A stretch of 22,538 bases of DNA from Polyangiaceae bacterium (GTDB lineage: Bacteria > Myxococcota_A > Polyangia > Polyangiales > Polyangiaceae): the NCBI GenBank assembly GCA_044224495.1, contig JBGAKG010000027.1, forward strand, positions 6,983 through 29,520, read 5' to 3'. The notes beneath the pieces were generated by a model. It made no database searches. It worked only from the letters and a program-made list of their open reading frames with translations, and was not told the origin of the DNA. Below are positions 17,713-22,538 of this stretch, piece by piece; the first letter of the stretch is position 1; the number at the start of each line of letters is the position of its first letter. Made by a program: the position numbers and the translations under genes.

Positions 17713-18630
17713 GTGGTGCCGGACGACGACGACGATCTGGAGAAGACCAACGTCACCCACAGCGGTGAGTTGGTCCGTGAGCTCCTCGCGAAATCGCAGC
17801 GAGATCGCGCGTATCTGATCGTCCTTCAGGGCTCCAACGTCGGCGAGATGTACCGCCTCGACGGGGGCGAGAGCGTCATCGGCCGCGCGTCCACCGCCCA
17901 CATCAAGCTCGGGGACGACGGCGTCTCCCGCAAGCACGCCCGCGTCGTCGTCGACGGCGCGGCGGTTCGGATCGAAGACCTCGGCAGCTCGAACGGCACG
18001 CTCGTCAACGGCGCCAAGGTCGACATGCAGCAGCTGCGGGACGGCGACAAAATCCAGATCGGCTCGACCACCGTCCTCAAGTTCACGTACCACGACAAGC
18101 TCGAGGAGAGCTTCCAGCGCCAGATGTACGACGCGGCGCTGCGCGACGGCCTCACCAAGGCCTACAACAAGAAGCACTTCACGCACCGGCTCGAGACCGA
18201 GTTCGCGTACGCGAAGCGCCACGCGAGCGCGCTCTCGCTCCTCATGTTCGACGTCGATCACTTCAAGCGGATCAACGACACGTTCGGCCACCTCGCCGGC
18301 GACTACGTCCTCTCGCGCCTCGCGCAGGTCGCGCAGGGCACGCTCCGCACCGAAGACCTCTTCGCCCGCTACGGCGGCGAAGAGTTCGCGATCCTCTGCC
18401 GCGGCGTTCCGCTCGCGAGCGCCGCCATCCTCGGCGAGCGCATCCGCGGGCTCGTTCAGACCACCAACTTCGTCTTCGAGACGCGCGAGATCCCGGTCAC
18501 CGTCAGCGTCGGCGTGGCCGCGATGCCGGAGCTCAGCATCGAGCAGCCCCTCGAGCTCGTGGGCTGCGCGGACGAAGCGCTCTACGAAGCCAAGCGCACC
18601 GGCCGCAACCGCGTGTGCCTGAAGCGCTGA
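17713..18630 (+). CDS. FHA domain - GGDEF diguanylate cyclase (GGEEF active site, RxxD I-site)
   Basis: FHA: SRKHARVVVDGAAVRIEDLGSSNGTLVNG. GGDEF: DHFKRINDTFGH, RTEDLFARYGGEEF, ALYEAKRTGRN. The GTG start at 17713 lies immediately after an in-frame TGA, so the exact start is uncertain. Confidence 0.8.
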   Translation: MVPDDDDDLEKTNVTHSGELVRELLAKSQRDRAYLIVLQGSNVGEMYRLDGGESVIGRASTAHIKLGDDGVSRKHARVVVDGAAVRIEDLGSSNGTLVNGAKVDMQQLRDGDKIQIGSTTVLKFTYHDKLEESFQRQMYDAALRDGLTKAYNKKHFTHRLETEFAYAKRHASALSLLMFDVDHFKRINDTFGHLAGDYVLSRLAQVAQGTLRTEDLFARYGGEEFAILCRGVPLASAAILGERIRGLVQTTNFVFETREIPVTVSVGVAAMPELSIEQPLELVGCADEALYEAKRTGRNRVCLKR

Positions 18631-18633
18631 GCC

Positions 18634-19425
18634 CTACATCTTCACCTTCATCCCGGGCGCCTGAATCATCGAGTAGTCGGTGATCGGCGTGCCCGAGATG
18701 TCGAGCAGCTTGAGCTTCTTCAACGTCTTCAGCGGCGACAGGTCCTTCACCGCGGTGTTCGCGAGCGACAGCTTCTCGAGCTTGGTGAAGCCCGCGATGA
18801 CGCTCACGTCGGTGATCGGCGTCGCATCGATCGAGAGCTCGGTGAGGTCGACCATCGCGCGAATCGGTTCGAGATCGCGAACTTCGGTGTGCGAGATGTC
18901 GAGGCGATCCATGTGGATCAGCCCGTGGATCGGCTTCAGGTCGACGAGCTTCACGTAGTTCACGACGAGCGTCATCATCTGCGTCTGCGTCGAGATCGGG
19001 GTGAGGTCCGTCAGGTCGCCGTTGCGGACGAAGAGGTCCTTCAGCCCGGTGAGCTTGGGGAACACGCACGGGTTGAGCTCGTCGGTCGGCGTCGTCGACA
19101 GGTTGATCGACTTCACCTTCGGGAGCTCCGACGTGAGGATGTCGCCGGTCGGCTTCTGGAGCTTCACGCGGACCTGCGCTTCGAGCGCGGAGTCGCCCTC
19201 GAAGTCGACCTTCACGTTCTGCGTGCAGTGCCATTCCTTCTTTGGCTTCGGCGGCGGCTCGGACGGCGTGCTCGACGCGGGCGGCGGTGGCGTGACCGCC
19301 ACGCTCGTCGCCGCGGTCGCGCTGGCCGACGTGCCGGACTTGGTGTCCTTCGGATCGTCGCAGGCGACGGTCGCGAGGAGCATGCACGCGGGGAGAAGAA
19401 CCGGGGCAAAACGGAGCGCCTTCAT
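18634..19425 (-). CDS. Leucine-rich repeat (internalin-like) lipoprotein
   Basis: C-terminal 263 aa of ORF 18634..19881. The ATG at 19423-19425 gives MKALRFAPVLLPACMLLATVACDD. Pro-rich linker followed by LRR units (LTDLTPIS, LVDLKPIHGL, LTELSIDATPITDVSVIAGF, LEKLSLANTAVKDLSPLKTLKKLKLLDISGTPITD). Confidence 0.7.
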   Translation of the reverse strand: MKALRFAPVLLPACMLLATVACDDPKDTKSGTSASATAATSVAVTPPPPASSTPSEPPPKPKKEWHCTQNVKVDFEGDSALEAQVRVKLQKPTGDILTSELPKVKSINLSTTPTDELNPCVFPKLTGLKDLFVRNGDLTDLTPISTQTQMMTLVVNYVKLVDLKPIHGLIHMDRLDISHTEVRDLEPIRAMVDLTELSIDATPITDVSVIAGFTKLEKLSLANTAVKDLSPLKTLKKLKLLDISGTPITDYSMIQAPGMKVKM

Positions 19426-19498
19426 GGGCCCGAAGGATAGGCGCCGAGGTCCGGAGAGAGCAATCGCTTCGACGCGGGCCGGTGCGTAGGATGGGGGC

Positions 19499-19864
19499 AT
19501 GACCAACCGCTCCAAGCTCGCCGAACGCATCGGGCTCGCCGCTGCGTCCGCCTTCCTCGTGGCCGTCATCCTCGCCTGCAAGGCCCCCGTCCAACCCGAG
19601 GCGACCGTCGTCTGCACGGGCGAGACGGAGGACATCAGCTGCGTCCTGACCCACGTCGCGGGGACCACCGCGATCAAGGCCTGCTGGGACCTGCAGTTCG
19701 ACTGCAAGAACGGCACGTCGGTGAAGGGCACGAACTTCTGCGAGACGGTGCAGCCGAAATCGACCTCCACGAAGAAGATCCCGCTCAAGGACCTCACGAA
19801 CTTCGACAAGTGCGACAAGGCCACCGGCAGCAAGGTGGAGAACCTCGCGCTCACCGCGATGTGA
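19499..19864 (+). CDS. Small Cys-rich lipoprotein (8 Cys)
   Basis: Lipobox VAVILAC. Mature part about 95 aa with paired cysteines. High GC3. 15 nt upstream of the next gene. Confidence 0.6.
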   Translation: MTNRSKLAERIGLAAASAFLVAVILACKAPVQPEATVVCTGETEDISCVLTHVAGTTAIKACWDLQFDCKNGTSVKGTNFCETVQPKSTSTKKIPLKDLTNFDKCDKATGSKVENLALTAM

Positions 19865-19879
19865 GCACCTGAGGCTGCC

Positions 19880-20929
19880 ATGACCTTCGGCTACGACGAC
19901 TTCGGTGCTGTCGCCCAGCGGCTGCACTTTCGGATCGATCCGCCCGAGAAGCACCTCCTCGCCGCCGAGCACTCCATCGACGGAGTGCTCGACGGGGTCC
20001 ACGTCTACGTCCGCCAGTGGCAGGGCCAATGGGTCCACGTGGAGTTCACCGCCTGGCTCACCCCGGCGCTCGATCTGCGCTTGCTCATCGAGCGCGAGAG
20101 CGTGGGGGCGAAGCTCGGTCACCTCGTCGGCCGGCACGACATCGAGATCGGCGATCCCGAGCTCGATCGCGCATGGAAGATCAAGGCGGACGAGCCCGAG
20201 CGCGCCAAGGCCCTCTTCACGCCCGCGGTCCGCGCCGCGATGCTCGGCTGGAAGAAGTCCGGCGTGCCCCTCCGCATCACCGACGAGACCGTCTCGTTCT
20301 GGGTCACGCCCGGCGCGTACTCGACGCTGTCGCAGCCCGTGCTCGAGCAAGACATCCGGGCCGCGGTCGGCCTGGTCACCGCGCTCGCCGCGGCGACACC
20401 GAACGTCCCGAGCTCGACGCTGTTCGCGGAGTACGTCGAAGCGTGGCGCGCCTACGCGACGGCGCGCGGGCTCGAGCTCACGGCTTCGCCGCTCCGGGTC
20501 AGCGGGCGCCTCGACGGCTCGCCGTTCACTGCGCGCGCGGTCGCGACGGACGAACGGCGGTGGGGCGTCGACGTGCACCTCGCGTTCGACGAGCCCCTCC
20601 CGTTCGCGCTCCGCGTGCGGCCGAAGCGGTTCTTCGATTTCATGGTGCTGAGCGGCGAGCCCCCGCACCTCGAGCTCGGGGATCCCGCGTTCGACGGCGA
20701 GCTCCGGACGAGCACGACCGAGCCGCCGAAGGCGAAGGCGTTCCTCGACGAAGGCGTGCGGCGCGCGCTCCTCGAGCTCCACGCGACCGCCGGTGACGTT
20801 CAGCTCGACGAGCGCGGCCTCGCCGTTCGCACGAAGACGATGACCGATCCCGAGACGTTCGGCCGCATCGCCGAGCGCGTCGCTCTCGTCGCGCGGAAGC
20901 TGCACGAGCGCGCGGGACCGTATCGCTGA
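19880..20929 (+). CDS. Hypothetical protein built from two tandem homologous halves
   Basis: GAGG SD 5 nt upstream. The halves align: IEIGDPELDRAWKIKADEPERAKALFTPAVRAAML with LELGDPAFDGELRTSTTEPPKAKAFLDEGVRRALL, and GVLDGVHVYVRQWQ..W with GRLDGSPFTARAVATDERRW. Confidence 0.65.
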   Translation: MTFGYDDFGAVAQRLHFRIDPPEKHLLAAEHSIDGVLDGVHVYVRQWQGQWVHVEFTAWLTPALDLRLLIERESVGAKLGHLVGRHDIEIGDPELDRAWKIKADEPERAKALFTPAVRAAMLGWKKSGVPLRITDETVSFWVTPGAYSTLSQPVLEQDIRAAVGLVTALAAATPNVPSSTLFAEYVEAWRAYATARGLELTASPLRVSGRLDGSPFTARAVATDERRWGVDVHLAFDEPLPFALRVRPKRFFDFMVLSGEPPHLELGDPAFDGELRTSTTEPPKAKAFLDEGVRRALLELHATAGDVQLDERGLAVRTKTMTDPETFGRIAERVALVARKLHERAGPYR

Positions 20930-20950
20930 GACGCGCGGTGCGGGGCGCGC

Positions 20951-21562
20951 TCAGCGCCGCCGCGCCGAGCGTGCCTTCCGCGGCGGTTCGACGCCGACGC
21001 CGTCGAAGAAGACGGCCGTGAGCAGCGGCACCAGCTGCTTCAACCGTGCCGCGGCCAAGTTGCCGCTCGCGAGCAGCGACGCCGCACCGTGCACGAGCGC
21101 CCACGCGCCGATCGCGAGCTCGCGCGGCGAACGATCGGCGCGGACCGTTCCCTCGCGCTGGCCGTCTTCCAGCGCGCTCTCGAGCAGCCGGAAGCTCTCG
21201 CCGCGGCGGGGCTCGCCCTCCTCGGGCGCGAACGCGAGGACCAGGCGGAAGCGCTCCGGCTGCGCGAGCGCGAAGCGGACGTACGCCTCGCCGAGCGCGG
21301 CGACGCGGGCGCGCGGCTCGGACACGCCCTCGATCGCGACGCGCGACGCTTCGCCGAGCGCGCTCAGCGCTTCTTCGCGGAGCGCCGCGAGCAGCTCCGC
21401 GCGGCCCGCGAAATGACGGTACGGCGCGTTGTGGGTCACCCCCGCCGCGCGCCCCAGCTCGCGAAAGGTGAAGTCGAAGCTGCCGCGCTCGGCGAAGAGG
21501 CGCAGGGCCGCATCGAGCAGGGCGCGGCGCAGGTTTCCGTGGTGGTAGGCCCGGCGGGGCAT
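20951..21562 (-). CDS. TetR/AcrR family transcriptional regulator
   Basis: Start MPRRAYHHGNLRRALLDAALRLFAERGSFDFTFRELGRAAGVTHNAPYRHF (ATG 21560-21562). HTH signature. The upstream 14 codons of the ORF were rejected. Confidence 0.8.
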   Translation of the reverse strand: MPRRAYHHGNLRRALLDAALRLFAERGSFDFTFRELGRAAGVTHNAPYRHFAGRAELLAALREEALSALGEASRVAIEGVSEPRARVAALGEAYVRFALAQPERFRLVLAFAPEEGEPRRGESFRLLESALEDGQREGTVRADRSPRELAIGAWALVHGAASLLASGNLAAARLKQLVPLLTAVFFDGVGVEPPRKARSARRR

Positions 21563-21584
21563 GCAGAGGCTCTTAGCACGGATG

Positions 21585-21605
21585 AATGTGGCGCCTGTCC
21601 ACATT
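21585..21605. promoter_or_regulatory. Candidate TetR operator: inverted repeat AATGTGG-N7-CCACATT
   Basis: 7-bp perfect arms read directly. They sit in the 83-bp divergent intergenic region between the tetR-family gene and the oxidoreductase gene. Confidence 0.4.
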
Positions 21606-21645
21606 GGGGCTTGCGCCGGCGCCGGGATGGAGGCATGACGGGGGC

Positions 21646-22538
21646 ATGGGGATCACCGCTGCCACCACCGGGTCGGAGAACCGTCGCCGTGCGCACGTCG
21701 CCTTGCCGGAGCGGGTGGACGTGGCCGTGATCGGGAGCGGCCTCGGCGGGCTCGTCGCCGCCGCCCGCCTCGCGCAGGAGGGTCGCTCGGTAGCGGTCTT
21801 CGAGGGGCACTACACCGCGGGCGGCTGCGCCACCCAGTTCACGCGCGGTCCGAAGCGCGCGCGCTGGGCGTTCGATGTGGGGCTCCACTACGTCGGCGAC
21901 TGCGCGCCCGGGGGCACGATCCCGCGCATCCTCGACGAGCTCGGCGTCCACGTGGACTTCGCCGAGCTGGACCCCGAAGGGTTCGACACGTTGGTCTTCC
22001 CGGATTTCCGCTTTCGCATCCCCGCGAACCTGGAGCTCTACCGCGAGCGGCTCGTCGCGATGTTCCCGCACGAGCGGCGCGGGATCGACGGGTACGTGAA
22101 GCTGGTGCGCGCGGTCATGAACCTCGCGCGGCTGATGGAGCGGTCCGAAGGGAAGCGCCCGTCGACGTGGGAGATGGCCAAGGTCGCCGTCGACGGCATG
22201 CGCATCGCGCGTTGGCAGAGCGCGACGATCGGAGAGGTGCTGCGTCACTTCGTGAAGGACCCGAAGGTCGCCGCGATCATGCTGGGTCAGAGCGGCGACT
22301 ACGGGGTCGCGCCGTCGCGGGCGAGCGCGCTGCTGCACCTCGGCCTCGCGGGTCACTACTTTCGCGGCGCGTACTACCCGAAGGGCGGCGGCCAGGTCAT
22401 CGCCGATCGGATCGCGCAGAAGCTCGAGTCGCTCGGTGGGACCGTGCACCTCCGAACGCCGGTCGAGAAGATCGTGGTCGAGGGCGGGCGCGTCACCGGC
22501 GTGCGGCTCGCGGCGAAGGCGGGCGAGAAGGCCCGAAC
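21646..22538 (+). CDS. FAD/NAD(P)-binding oxidoreductase of the phytoene desaturase (CrtI) family, 3' partial (runs off the window)
   Basis: Translated manually; this frame is not in the ORF track because it has no stop. N-terminus MGITAATTGSENRRRAHVALPERVDVAVIGSGLGGLVAAARLAQEG (Rossmann GxGxxG). Downstream GAYYPKGGGQVIADRIAQKLESLGGTVHL is typical of CrtI-like enzymes. High GC3. GGAGG 12 nt upstream of the ATG at 21646. Confidence 0.7.
   Translation, partial: MGITAATTGSENRRRAHVALPERVDVAVIGSGLGGLVAAARLAQEGRSVAVFEGHYTAGGCATQFTRGPKRARWAFDVGLHYVGDCAPGGTIPRILDELGVHVDFAELDPEGFDTLVFPDFRFRIPANLELYRERLVAMFPHERRGIDGYVKLVRAVMNLARLMERSEGKRPSTWEMAKVAVDGMRIARWQSATIGEVLRHFVKDPKVAAIMLGQSGDYGVAPSRASALLHLGLAGHYFRGAYYPKGGGQVIADRIAQKLESLGGTVHLRTPVEKIVVEGGRVTGVRLAAKAGEKAR

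Noticed and set aside
18533-20905. 790-aa minus ORF
   Set aside because: R/E/D-rich antisense read-through across the LRR, Cys-lipoprotein and duplicated-protein genes.
21436-22449. 337-aa minus ORF
   Set aside because: Antisense to the CrtI-like frame, which has clear Rossmann and CrtI motifs and high GC3.
1-22538. Searched for tRNA, rRNA, CRISPR arrays, IS/transposase, integrase and toxin-antitoxin genes
   Set aside because: None seen. There are no repeat-spacer arrays and no transposase or integrase-like translations in any frame. The only tandem repeats are the hexamer microsatellite and intragenic low-complexity repeats.

Overview
This is a high-GC (about 70%), gene-dense bacterial chromosomal segment. 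Codon usage, the DAG/TDA-rich linker peptides and the large number of lipoproteins are typical of Myxococcota or a similar high-GC deltaproteobacterium. I call 22 protein-coding genes and see no rRNA, tRNA, CRISPR array, IS element or phage genes. All long R-rich or antisense ORFs were discounted as artefacts of high GC. No single canonical defence or mobile system is evident.

The recognisable genes are:
- a DUF218/YdcF-like lipoprotein;
- a Hanks-type Ser/Thr kinase fused to a C-terminal cyclic-nucleotide-binding domain, translationally coupled to a single-pass membrane protein;
- a Cu(I) P1B-type ATPase (CopA-like), followed 10 nt later by a secreted Cys-rich protein;
- a translationally coupled DUF1579-like/TspO pair;
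- a class I SAM methyltransferase;
- three consecutive lipoproteins on the + strand plus one convergent lipoprotein; the first has a Big_5 Ig-like domain and a lamin-tail-like domain;
- a MarR regulator and a PlsC-like acyltransferase;
- an apparent EVE / HEAT-repeat / FHA-GGDEF operon;
- a lower-GC patch holding an internalin-like LRR lipoprotein, a small 8-Cys lipoprotein and an internally duplicated protein;
- a TetR regulator divergent from a CrtI-family FAD oxidoreductase that runs off the window end.

The sequence-level oddities are:
- a (CGGNNN)15 hexanucleotide microsatellite at 121-210;
- a C7-G-C7 ... G6-TT-G9 inverted homopolymer structure beside a perfect 14-bp palindrome upstream of marR;
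- an intergenic hairpin at 10739-10760;
- a candidate TetR operator palindrome;
- four convergent gene pairs with 0-3 nt between stop codons.

The most novel candidates are the cNMP-gated kinase module and the EVE-HEAT-FHA-GGDEF operon. Both are inference-level and need experimental or database confirmation.
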